In this document: positions 27,540 to 36,018 of the stretch, piece by piece | Numbering within the stretch: the first letter of the stretch is position 1 | Layout of the letters: every line of letters starts with the position of its first letter | Source: Actinomycetota bacterium | Lineage (GTDB): Bacteria; Actinomycetota; Actinomycetes; S36-B12 | Reading direction: 5' to 3' | Length of the DNA: 64,000 nt | NCBI GenBank assembly: GCA_009699015.1 | Contig: WLOY01000001.1 | Span: 414-64,413 of the forward strand | The notes under the pieces: model-generated | What the model was told of the DNA's origin: nothing | The model's input: only the letters and a program-made list of their open reading frames with translations | Database searches by the model: none | Made by a program: the position numbers and the translations under genes

Positions 27540-28487
27540 GTGCAGTCCTACGAAGGGTCCATCTGGACCGAATACGACGAGTTACCAATCCACGAGGGGC
27601 TCGGTCTGCGCCACTCTTGGGGGCTCTTGGACTCCAACCTCGGATCACTGACCTTCTTGAGTCCTCTCGATCTCGTCGCTGCATCCACGGGGGTTACCGA
27701 AGGTGAGGCCATTCCGCTCAACATCTCACTGGGGCTTATCGACCCGCCTATGTTCGGGCGGGTGGCATGGAAACACACCGTTGAAGCCGCCGATAGAAAC
27801 ACGTTCGAGGACGTCCTCGACAACTACAACCCGCAGTCGTCCTCGCAGTGGGACGGCTTTCGGCATGTGCGGGCAAGGGAGGCTGGCTTCTTCGGCGGCA
27901 TCACCGAGTTCGCTGAAGGTGACATTGAGTCCTTAAGCATCGAGCACCTTGCGCGCCGAGGCATTGCAGGACGTGGCGTGCTACTCGACGTTGCTGGGTG
28001 GCTCGACTCACGGGGTACCCCCCTCGATCCCCTTTCGGGTGACCTCGTTGAGGCGAGCACCCTCGAGATGGTGGCTGAAGCACAGGGTGTGTCCCTCCAG
28101 CAAGGGGACATCCTGTGCATACGACTTGGCTGGGTTGGTGCCTATCGGCTCATGTCCATCGAGCAGCGCGCGTCACCCGAAGTCTCCGGACGATTCACCG
28201 GCCTACGCTCGAACGAGGACACCGTGCGCTTCCTGTGGAACAACCGGATAGCGGCTGTATGTACCGATAATCCGGCTGTTGAAAGCGCGCCTGGCAATCT
28301 TGAAGACGGTTCCCTGCACCGGCGTCTCATCCCGATGCTCGGCATGGTCTTCGGCGAGTTGCTCGACCTCGACCCACTGGCCCGACGATGCGCAAGCATC
28401 GGGCGCTACGACTTCCTCTTCGTGGCCGTTCCGCTGCCCATCCCGGGTGGCCTCAGCTCCCCAGCGAATGCGATGGCGATTCTATGA
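27540..28487 (+). CDS. cyclase-family protein, paralog 2
   Basis: ~60% identical by eye to 46761-47684. GRGVLLDV, GDILCIRLGW and C-terminal PGGLSSPANAMAIL. The GTG at 27540 was chosen by N-terminal alignment with the paralogs; the ORF is open from 27426. Confidence 0.7.
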   Translation: MQSYEGSIWTEYDELPIHEGLGLRHSWGLLDSNLGSLTFLSPLDLVAASTGVTEGEAIPLNISLGLIDPPMFGRVAWKHTVEAADRNTFEDVLDNYNPQSSSQWDGFRHVRAREAGFFGGITEFAEGDIESLSIEHLARRGIAGRGVLLDVAGWLDSRGTPLDPLSGDLVEASTLEMVAEAQGVSLQQGDILCIRLGWVGAYRLMSIEQRASPEVSGRFTGLRSNEDTVRFLWNNRIAAVCTDNPAVESAPGNLEDGSLHRRLIPMLGMVFGELLDLDPLARRCASIGRYDFLFVAVPLPIPGGLSSPANAMAIL

Positions 28488-28993
28488 ATGATTCAGGCCT
28501 CCAAAATTCCGATGGACTGCCGGATCCGCTGGTGGCGGACGCTGCTGCCCAGTGCTGGTTTGAGGACATGACCGTGGGTCGCCGCTGGGTCACGCAGCGG
28601 CGAACGATCACCGAGGCTGACGTTGTTGCCTTCGCCGGACTTTCGGGTGACTTCAACCCCTTGCATGTCGACGAGGTGTTCGCCGCAGCAGGGCCGTTTG
28701 GGCGTCGGGTTGTTCACGGCCTTCTCGTCCTGTCAATCGCGACGGGACTTCGGCAGCAAAGTGGTGTCTTCTACGGAGTCATCAAGGCCTTTGCCGAGGT
28801 CAAGTCATGGAACTTCAAGCGCCCAGTATTCATCGGCGACACAGTCACCGCGGTCACGACGGTGCTCGAGGCCCGACCCACCTCCAAGCCCGGTCAAGGC
28901 ATCGTTGAGCAAAGGGTTGACGTGGTGAACCAAGGCGGCGACATCGTCCAGTCAGGGATCTTCGTCACCCTCGTATCGGCGCGCCCCACATGA
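28484..28993 (+). CDS. MaoC-like (R)-specific enoyl-CoA hydratase / hot-dog dehydratase
   Basis: ITEADVVAFAGLSGDFNPLHVDEVFA hydratase-2 motif. The ATG at 28484 overlaps the cyclase stop (ATGA). Confidence 0.85.
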   Translation: MNDSGLQNSDGLPDPLVADAAAQCWFEDMTVGRRWVTQRRTITEADVVAFAGLSGDFNPLHVDEVFAAAGPFGRRVVHGLLVLSIATGLRQQSGVFYGVIKAFAEVKSWNFKRPVFIGDTVTAVTTVLEARPTSKPGQGIVEQRVDVVNQGGDIVQSGIFVTLVSARPT

Positions 28994-29355
28994 CGACCGT
29001 GATCCGCCAGCGGCCCTGCAATTCGCTGGACGACATCAGCCGCCAGCTCCGTGAAGCATTCCTGGCACTCCGACAGGCAATCGCGACCGAGAGCCCGGTC
29101 GTCATCGTCGTCAGTGCCCCCGACCTCCTCGGGCAGGACTCCCTCGAAGGGGCTGCTTTGGCAACGGGACTTGTCGGCCTCATGCGTGCTGCGACATTCG
29201 AGGGCAGCAGCAAGGGGTGGCACGTCAACGTACTTGCGGTCAACCCTGAAGAGGAGCCAGCAGCTGAGATGATCGAAATCGCATCGCAACACGGCTCGCT
29301 CAAGGGTCAGATTCTCAATCTCAGTTCCGGCCAGTTCGGAAAGATCGTTCCATGA
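28990..29355 (+). CDS. 121-aa SDR-like remnant lacking Rossmann N-terminus and catalytic Tyr/Lys
   Basis: ATGA overlaps at both ends. The region EGAALATGLVGLMRAATFEGSSKGWHVNVLAVNPEE aligns to the SDR YxxxK...RVNxVxPG segment, but Tyr and Lys are replaced. Confidence 0.55.
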   Translation: MTTVIRQRPCNSLDDISRQLREAFLALRQAIATESPVVIVVSAPDLLGQDSLEGAALATGLVGLMRAATFEGSSKGWHVNVLAVNPEEEPAAEMIEIASQHGSLKGQILNLSSGQFGKIVP

Positions 29356-30077
29356 TAAAGCCATGCGCACTCGTCACCGGTGCCGCCGGGGGCCTCGGAT
29401 TCGCGATTGCCCGACGACTTTCAGAAGCCGGATATGCCCTTCTCCTCGTTGACATGAAGCCAGCTGTGTCCGATGTGGCAGCCCGTCTCGGGAGTACCGG
29501 GGCGAGGTTCGATCACTGTGTGGCAGATCTCTCGACCCAAGATGGCATCTCCGCCGTTTCTGATGCGGCGCTTGCGACCGGTCTCCCCCTCCACCTTCTC
29601 GTAAACAACGCCGGGATCACTCGTGATGCAAGGCTCGAAAAGATGTCCTCCGAGAATTTTGACCTGGTGATCGAAGTCAATCTCCTCGCCGCGATGCGAC
29701 TGACGATCGGCCTATCCGACCAGTTCGTCCACGGTTCGTCAGTTGTTTCGCTGAGTTCGAGGGCGGCACTGGGGAACTTTGGACAGGCCAACTATGTGGC
29801 CTCCAAATCGGGCCTTATCGGGTTCACCAGGGCACTCGCTCAACAATGGTCGCCTCGGGTGCGGGCCAATGTCGTGTCACCCGGTCTCGTCGATACACCG
29901 ATGACCCAGGCCATGCCGGACGACGTCCTAGCGAAGCTCGTCGAGAAGGTCCCCACTGGCCGCATCGGCACTCCGGAGGACGTCGCAAACGCCGTAGCCT
30001 TTCTTGCTTCCGAGCAGGCGTCCTATGTCACCGGGCAGGTTTTGACCGTCTGCGGGGGCAGGAGTCTGGCTCCTTAG
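29352..30077 (+). CDS. SDR, FabG-like 3-oxoacyl/3-hydroxyacyl reductase
   Basis: VTGAAGGLGFA, NNAGI, S...YVASK, and C-terminal YVTGQVLTVCGG. Confidence 0.9.
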   Translation: MIKPCALVTGAAGGLGFAIARRLSEAGYALLLVDMKPAVSDVAARLGSTGARFDHCVADLSTQDGISAVSDAALATGLPLHLLVNNAGITRDARLEKMSSENFDLVIEVNLLAAMRLTIGLSDQFVHGSSVVSLSSRAALGNFGQANYVASKSGLIGFTRALAQQWSPRVRANVVSPGLVDTPMTQAMPDDVLAKLVEKVPTGRIGTPEDVANAVAFLASEQASYVTGQVLTVCGGRSLAP

Positions 30078-30188
30078 CAAGACATGACCCGGCGGCACAC
30101 TTGAACGAGGAGACAGCTTCATGCACGCCCCAGCCACAGCACACATCCAGCTCTCGAGAACGAATATCAAGACCCGGATGATCAGCGC

Positions 30189-30992
30189 GTGACCACGCCC
30201 ACCGATGAGGAACCCCTTCTCGTCCACTTCGCCGACGGAGTACTCCGCATCCAGTTGAACCGTCCGAAGGCCCGAAATGCAATCAACTGGGCCATGCGCA
30301 GAGAACTCCACCGGATCCTCGGTGATGCGTCCAACGACAATTCGGTTCGCGTTGTCGTCCTCGCGGGTGATGAGCGTGCCTTTTGTTCTGGTGGCGATGT
30401 AAAGCAGATGGGCGGAGGCGACTCCGACACCTCGGACAAGTTGATCATGATGAAAGCGATAAGTGAGACCGTGACGGGCATGCTGAAGCCGGTCGTGGCC
30501 GAAGTTCGGGGTCATGCTGCCGGCGCGGGGTTTGGTCTGGCCCTCATGTGTGACCTCGTCCTCGCTGACGAGACCGCCGTCTTCACATCCACGTTTATCC
30601 GAATCGGACTCGTACCTGACCTCGGGCTCGCTTATTGGCTGCCACGTCAGGTCGGACTGCACCGCGCGAAGGAGATCATCCTGACCGGGCGCCCAATCGG
30701 TGCCCATGAAGCACTCGCCCTCGGACTCGTCGCGCGCGTCTGGGCAACCGACACCTTCCGTTCTCGTGCAGACGAATTCATCGCCGAACTCTCCGCCCAA
30801 CCCGGTGTCGGAATGGGGTTGACCAAACCACTGCTCAATCAGACGTTTGAGACCAGCCTCTCGGCAACCCTGGACTCGGAGCGCTTGGCCCAGATCACCG
30901 CCGCACATTCGCACGAGCATCAGTCGTATCTAGCTGGGCTGCGCTTAGGAAGGTCTGTTGCCCAAACAGCGGATCTACGTCCAAAGATCTAA
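30189..30992 (+). CDS. enoyl-CoA hydratase/isomerase (crotonase)
   Basis: RPKARNAI, FCSGGD, and the oxyanion-hole segment GHAAGAGFGLALMCD. GTG start. Confidence 0.85.
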   Translation: MTTPTDEEPLLVHFADGVLRIQLNRPKARNAINWAMRRELHRILGDASNDNSVRVVVLAGDERAFCSGGDVKQMGGGDSDTSDKLIMMKAISETVTGMLKPVVAEVRGHAAGAGFGLALMCDLVLADETAVFTSTFIRIGLVPDLGLAYWLPRQVGLHRAKEIILTGRPIGAHEALALGLVARVWATDTFRSRADEFIAELSAQPGVGMGLTKPLLNQTFETSLSATLDSERLAQITAAHSHEHQSYLAGLRLGRSVAQTADLRPKI

Positions 30993-31001
30993 ACGACCGT
31001 A

Positions 31002-31054
31002 TTGACAGACCAAACACGACCGCTATCATTACATTACCAAACAGTTGTTTGGCA
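31002..31054 (+). promoter_or_regulatory. candidate promoter TTGACA-16 nt-TATCAT followed by inverted repeat CCAAACA-GT-TGTTTGG
   Basis: -35 at 31002-31007 and -10 at 31024-31029. The 7-2-7 inverted repeat at 31037-31052 sits just downstream of the -10 and 20 nt upstream of the ATG at 31073. Confidence 0.55.
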
Positions 31055-31072
31055 ACCGGGAGAGGGTGCGGG

Positions 31073-32191
31073 ATGACTCCGCTTGATCACCAGCAGTCAT
31101 TTCTGGAAGGCGCACGCGCGTGGCTCAGTACAAGCGTGCCCGATCGCTGGCGCCAAGAGCGCGGCGCTCTCAGCGAGGATGAGATCGTCGAAATCAGGCA
31201 TGAGTGGGACCGGCGACTTTTCGCCGGTGGATACTCAGGTCTGTCCATTCCGACGGTGTATGGCGGGCAAGGCTTGGGGCTACGCCAGGAGGTGCTCTTC
31301 CATGAGGCTGCGGCTCAGGCCCACGCCCCCGAAGGGATCGGGCGCATCGGCAAGATCCTCACCGTGCCAACCCTCGTGGCTCACGGTAGTGAGGAGCAAC
31401 GCGCCAAGTACATCCCCGGCATCATGGCCGGAACTGAGGTGTGGTGTCAGGCATTCTCCGAGCCAGGCGCCGGCTCAGATCTCGCCAACGTGGCCACATT
31501 CGCCCGCAAGACCGAAGGGGGCTACTTGGTTACGGGGCAGAAAATATGGACGAGTTTCGCGCAGTACGCAGAGCGCGCCATTCTCCTGGCAAAGACGAGT
31601 CAAACCGATCCTCGCTACCGAAATCTCAGCTTCTTCCTCCTCGACATGAAGCAGCCCGGTATCGCGCTGCGAACAATCCGCCAGATCTCTGATACATCGC
31701 ATTTCTCCGAGGTCTTCTTGGACTCGGCATTTGTGGCCGACTCAGATCTGGTCGGCGAGGAGGGCGATGGCTGGAACATCGCCATGACCACCTTGACGTC
31801 CGAGCGCGGCGGGGTCGAAGCCATTACCCGGTATGTAGAGGTCCGCGGCGATCTCGACACGCTCATGCACTGCTGTGCAACAGGTTCTGATGTCGACACA
31901 CAGGTGAAACAACTCGACACTCGTCTTGAGCTCGTGCGATGGCAGGTCATGAAGGCCCTCGACTATGTCGAGGATGATCTCGAATTCTTCCGGAGGACCT
32001 GCATGCTCAAGATCATGTGGAGTGAACTCTGGCAGGAGGTCACCCAGTTGGCTGTTTCCCTCAACTGCCGCGCTCATCAAGAGCACTGGCGAAATCAATA
32101 CCTGGAGACGCGTGCAGTGTCCATCTACTCAGGATCCAATGAGATCCAGCGAAACATCATCGGCGACCGAGTGTTGGGCCTCCCCCGATGA
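31073..32191 (+). CDS. acyl-CoA dehydrogenase (alpha-type subunit)
   Basis: 373 aa. AFSEPGAGSD, GQKIWTS, and C-terminal IYSGSNEIQRNIIG. Confidence 0.85.
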   Translation: MTPLDHQQSFLEGARAWLSTSVPDRWRQERGALSEDEIVEIRHEWDRRLFAGGYSGLSIPTVYGGQGLGLRQEVLFHEAAAQAHAPEGIGRIGKILTVPTLVAHGSEEQRAKYIPGIMAGTEVWCQAFSEPGAGSDLANVATFARKTEGGYLVTGQKIWTSFAQYAERAILLAKTSQTDPRYRNLSFFLLDMKQPGIALRTIRQISDTSHFSEVFLDSAFVADSDLVGEEGDGWNIAMTTLTSERGGVEAITRYVEVRGDLDTLMHCCATGSDVDTQVKQLDTRLELVRWQVMKALDYVEDDLEFFRRTCMLKIMWSELWQEVTQLAVSLNCRAHQEHWRNQYLETRAVSIYSGSNEIQRNIIGDRVLGLPR

Positions 32192-33075
32192 CCGCCACGA
32201 TGCTGCCCACTGAGGTCGGTCAAATGTCCGCGGTTGCACTGGCGGAGATCATCGAGCGTTCGATTGACGGAAACCCAGTTGCGGATTATGCCGAACGGGA
32301 GTCGCTTGCTTGGTCTGTCATCGAGGATGGCGGCTGGGACTGCATCGCCGTTGCGGAGGAATTCGATGGTGGGGGCGCCAGCCTCAGAGACCTCGTCGAA
32401 GTGGCGCAGGTATGGGGGGCGGCCAACATCCCCCAACCGCTGCTGGAGACGATCTGGGCCAAGCGTTGGTCAGCGCAGGCGCGCGAGCGCAGCGGACCGA
32501 TGTCGGTGTCCGTGCGCCGCCTAGGCGTGAGCGACGGCAGCGGTCTTGCCCCGTTCGCAGCCCTCGCGGCAACCGGAATCGCCCGATCGATCGGGGCTGC
32601 CACGGACGAATTCGACGTCGCACCTCTAGGTGAGGCCGACGCGTTCACTCCCGCCCTTCGCCCATCAGTGCTCCCCTGGACCACCAAGATCGAGGCCGAG
32701 GCGGCGCGTGAGCTTGGGGTGATCTGGGCAGCCGAGGTGGTCGGAGCCGCACAGAAGCTCGTCGACCTTTCAGTCGCCTACGCCAAGACACGCGAACAAT
32801 TCGGCAAGCCGATCGGTAGTTTTCAGGCAATCAAGCATCGACTTGCGGACATGCATTCACAGGCGCAGTACGCGCAAACTGCAGTGATTTGGGCGAGCCT
32901 TGAACCCACGAATTCGCAGAGGGCGTGCCATTACGCAGTGGGTATTTCAATTTCGCTTGCCGAGCAATCCATTCAGATCCACGGAGGCATGGGCTTCACT
33001 TGGGAGATGGGCCTCCATTACTACCTGCGCACGATGCTCACCCGCCGGGAACTCATCGCCGGCCTTTGGCCCTAA
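32188..33075 (+). CDS. acyl-CoA dehydrogenase-like beta-type subunit
   Basis: 295 aa, ATGA overlap with the upstream ACAD. The C-terminal helical domain is conserved (FGKPIGSFQAIKHRLADM, IQIHGGMGFTWE) and the N-terminal part is shortened. Confidence 0.7.
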   Translation: MTATMLPTEVGQMSAVALAEIIERSIDGNPVADYAERESLAWSVIEDGGWDCIAVAEEFDGGGASLRDLVEVAQVWGAANIPQPLLETIWAKRWSAQARERSGPMSVSVRRLGVSDGSGLAPFAALAATGIARSIGAATDEFDVAPLGEADAFTPALRPSVLPWTTKIEAEAARELGVIWAAEVVGAAQKLVDLSVAYAKTREQFGKPIGSFQAIKHRLADMHSQAQYAQTAVIWASLEPTNSQRACHYAVGISISLAEQSIQIHGGMGFTWEMGLHYYLRTMLTRRELIAGLWP

Positions 33076-33135
33076 TTGAGGATCTCGGTAACTGACCTGA
33101 CCAGATCGAGGAGATAGCAGGTCGCTTTAAAGTCC

Positions 33136-33835
33136 CTAGCGCATATTCGCCAAGTGTGCGGCGTACGGATCTCTAGGTGATTGCCATGACAGTACTGCCA
33201 TGGGTCGGTCGCGCTTGCGCTGGGAGATGCGTCGGCGGTGGGCGGGGGCGTGGTCCAGTTCGGTTTCCTTGGGCATGTGTTGTCGCGAGACTCCGTTGCT
33301 GTTCTCATCGGATCGGCGCTGCCATGGCGAGTGGGCCTCGGCGAAGTAGATGTCGATGCCCAGTTGCCTGGCGAGTTCGTGGTGATCGGACATTTCCTTG
33401 CCCTGGTCCCAGGTGATGGAGATGACGTGCCAGGCCCGCATGCGCCGGGTGGACACCTTGACGGGGATGGTGATCCTGGTGACTCGGCAGGCGAGGGTCG
33501 CGAGCGCGGTTCGGTCGCCTGCTCCCGCGGGGCGCTTGTCGATCATGGTCATGTCCATGATCCTTCCGCTGCCGCAGTCGGTTTTCGCCCTGGGCTGCCG
33601 CCGGGTCCGGGGCCTCGTCATGAGACTGCGGATGAACTTTCTGTCGTGGGTGTCGCCGGCGTAGAGCCAGTCGCAGACGCACCTGCGGGCTGATCGTCGG
33701 CAGGTGCGGGCACGGCCGGGCGGCATGCGTCCCGGACCGGCGACGCATCTCCTGGGAGATCGTGGACTGATCGGCACCGACCGCCGCACCGATGGCCTCA
33801 CGCAGTGGCAAGGTCAGACGGGCAACCTTGATCAT
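33136..33835 (-). mobile_element. IS30-family transposase pseudogene (frameshifted, shortened)
   Basis: The N-terminal HTH (AIGAAVGADQSTISQEMRRR) is in one frame. The DDE core (ITWDQGKEMSDHHELARQLGIDIYFAEAHSPWQRRSDENSNG) is in another. Total length is only ~700 nt. Confidence 0.75.
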
Positions 33836-33882
33836 GGCGAACGCTTCTTCGGTTGGTGGTACTTCCGAAAGTAGCGTTCGCC
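33836..33882. other. long hairpin abutting the transposase start codon
   Basis: GGCGAACGCT...AGCGTTCGCC is a perfect 10-bp stem, extended by TTCGG/CCGAA. It starts 1 nt from the ATG at 33835. Confidence 0.5.
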
Positions 33883-33955
33883 GCCTGCTGTTGCCTCGAG
33901 TTATGCACTGCGGGCTTTAACGAGCCCGCTCAACCCTCAGCACACCATCGCACTG

Positions 33956-35101
33956 CTACGGCGCGAACTCCCTGCCCAGCAATTGGCGGGCGGCGATGAG
34001 CTTTGACACCTGCGCGGTACCGTCGCCGATCTCCATGGCCATGATGTCCCGCATGCGCTGCGCGTGCGGGAAATCCTCCGAGTAGCCCAACTGGCCGAAG
34101 GTGAGCAGTGCTTGATGGGCGGCATCATGTGAAAGTCGCGGTGCCCACCATTTGACCATGGCACCCTCGGCGGTGTGCGGCAGTCCTTTGTCCTTGCGCC
34201 ACAACACCTCATATGACAGCAGCCTCGCCGCTCGTAGATGGGTGGAGAACTCAATAAGAGGGAAGGTAACCCCTTGGAATTTGCCGATCGGTTGCCCGAA
34301 TGCGTGCCTCAGTTTCGAATACTCCAGAGCTTCGTCAATCGATGCCTGGCCACTGCCAATGCACAGGAGTCCGATCAACGCTCGCGAGTAGTCAAACCCT
34401 TGCATGACCGTGCTGAATCCCTTGTTCTCTGCGCCCAACATGTCCTCCGCGGCTACAGGCAGTCCATCGAAGTGAATGGATGCTCGGCCTATGGCACGGC
34501 CACCGACGTCACGATAAGCCGTCCTGCTGACCTCCTTGTCTGTCAACCGAACGTAGAACCCACTAACCCCGCCAGCTCCAGGACCTCCGGTCCTTGCGAA
34601 GACCAGCGCATACTCAGCATGCATCCCCAACGAGATGGATGTCTTTTCGCCCGTCAATCGCCAGATACTCCCATCGCGTTCGGCGCGCATCTCCAGCGCC
34701 CCCGCGTCAGTTCCATGGCCAGGCTCTGTGAGGCAGATGGCGGGAACTTGCTCTCCTGAGGCGATCGGCGGGAGCCAACGCTTCTTCTGGGCTTCACTAC
34801 CGTGAGTATTGATGATGTCGCTCAGCAACAGCGAGTTGGTGACGAGCCAGCCGGCATTGAAGTCCGCCCGGGCGATCTCCTCGCATGCCATCCCGGACGT
34901 CACGTACTTCGCCGCCTGACCACCCAGCGATTCAGGGATCAGCAGACCGAAGAGGCCAAGTTCAGCCAACTGCTTGTGCAATCCCTCATGGAAACGGCCC
35001 TCCCGATCATCCGACTGGTAATGGGGGGCCAATTCGCTCTGCGCAAAATCCTTGAGGTACTGACGAAAGGCTTCGGTATCATCATCGAATTCGAAGTTCA
35101 C
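33956..35101 (-). CDS. acyl-CoA dehydrogenase
   Basis: 381 aa. LTEPGHGTDAG, GEKTSIS, and C-terminal EIGDGTAQV. Confidence 0.9.
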   Translation of the reverse strand: MNFEFDDDTEAFRQYLKDFAQSELAPHYQSDDREGRFHEGLHKQLAELGLFGLLIPESLGGQAAKYVTSGMACEEIARADFNAGWLVTNSLLLSDIINTHGSEAQKKRWLPPIASGEQVPAICLTEPGHGTDAGALEMRAERDGSIWRLTGEKTSISLGMHAEYALVFARTGGPGAGGVSGFYVRLTDKEVSRTAYRDVGGRAIGRASIHFDGLPVAAEDMLGAENKGFSTVMQGFDYSRALIGLLCIGSGQASIDEALEYSKLRHAFGQPIGKFQGVTFPLIEFSTHLRAARLLSYEVLWRKDKGLPHTAEGAMVKWWAPRLSHDAAHQALLTFGQLGYSEDFPHAQRMRDIMAMEIGDGTAQVSKLIAARQLLGREFAP

Positions 35102-35177
35102 GGCTTCTCCGGTTTCAGCGTCGTCAACATTTCCGGCTCACTCACAGCCAGCACGATCAGCGCGCTGGCTGTTCGTC

Positions 35178-35978
35178 CTACACGTACCGGCCGAAGTCCG
35201 GCGGCCGCTTCTCACTGAACGCTGCCGCACCTTCACGACCCTCGTCACTGTTGACGAATAGGTCGAGCCCTGCACCAGCCATCTTTTCAAAGCCTGACTG
35301 ATGATCGCTATCCGCGTTGAATGACGCTTTGAGGAAGCGAATTGCGGTGGGGCTCATGACCGAGATCTCTTGTGCCCAGGACTTGGCCTCAGTCATGAGA
35401 TCGGGTCCCGGTACAACCTTGTTCACGAGACCCCATTCAAGAGCCTGTGCCGCGCTGTATTGACGACAGAAGTACCAAATCTCGCGAGCGCGCTTTTGCC
35501 CGACGACTCGAGCGAGGTACGTCGTGCCGAACCCGGCGTCAAAGGATCCAACCCTCGGGCCAGCCTGGCCAAACGTCGCGTGCTCGGCGGCAATGCTGAT
35601 GTCGCAAAGCACATGGAAGACGTGACCGCCACCGATCGCCGCCCCGTTCACGGCCGCAATAACCGGCTTGGGCACGTCACGGATCAGGCGATGCAGATAG
35701 TCCGTGTCGAGGATCCCATCCTTCGTCGGCCCGTAATCACCAGTCTCGGCCCGTTGCTTGACGTCGCCCCCGGCACAGAAGGCTTTATCCCCAGCCCCCG
35801 TCCAGATGATGCACCGCACAGTTCGATCGGCCCACGCGCGCCGAAAAGCATGCACCAGTTCGTCAACAGTCCGGCCTCGAAACGCGTTATATCGCTCGGG
35901 TCGGTTGATTGTGATGATCGCCGTCGTTCCATCGACTTCGTACAGCACATCCGTGTACTCGGTACTCGTGTCGTTCAC
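35178..35978 (-). CDS. MenB/BadI-family crotonase (naphthoate-synthase-like; possible beta-ketoacyl-CoA ring hydrolase)
   Basis: Colinear with MenB by eye: FCAGGD, PKPVIAAVNGAAIGGGHVFHVLCD, FGQAGPRVGSFDAGFG, GQKRAREIWYFCRQY, EKRPPDF. Confidence 0.8.
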   Translation of the reverse strand: MNDTSTEYTDVLYEVDGTTAIITINRPERYNAFRGRTVDELVHAFRRAWADRTVRCIIWTGAGDKAFCAGGDVKQRAETGDYGPTKDGILDTDYLHRLIRDVPKPVIAAVNGAAIGGGHVFHVLCDISIAAEHATFGQAGPRVGSFDAGFGTTYLARVVGQKRAREIWYFCRQYSAAQALEWGLVNKVVPGPDLMTEAKSWAQEISVMSPTAIRFLKASFNADSDHQSGFEKMAGAGLDLFVNSDEGREGAAAFSEKRPPDFGRYV

Positions 35979-36018
35979 AGTAGGCCTCTCAGCTCGTCTC
36001 GTTGGTCAGATCGGGTTC

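Noticed and set aside
29928-30920. 330-aa minus-strand ORF
   Set aside because: It is antisense to the FabG-like SDR and the crotonase, both of which carry clear family motifs. No motifs of its own and biased composition.
31035-31075. Possible sigma-54 (-24 TGGCA / -12 TTGC) promoter near TTTGGCAACC, given the NtrC-like regulator
   Set aside because: There is no TTGC element at the right spacing. The regulator lacks the GAFTGA loop. The sequence is better explained as half of the CCAAACA-GT-TGTTTGG inverted repeat following a sigma-70-like TTGACA/TATCAT promoter.
33125-33920. Terminal inverted repeats and target-site duplication of the IS30 relic
   Set aside because: Only a 9-of-10 match around TTAAAG(T/C)CC is visible and no flanking direct repeat. 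This is too weak to define element ends.
35178-35978. Calling this gene menB (menaquinone biosynthesis)
   Set aside because: The sequence is clearly MenB-family, but there are no other men genes in 64 kb and it is embedded between ACAD, SDR and crotonase genes. I left the symbol empty and treat BadI-like ring hydrolase as an open alternative.
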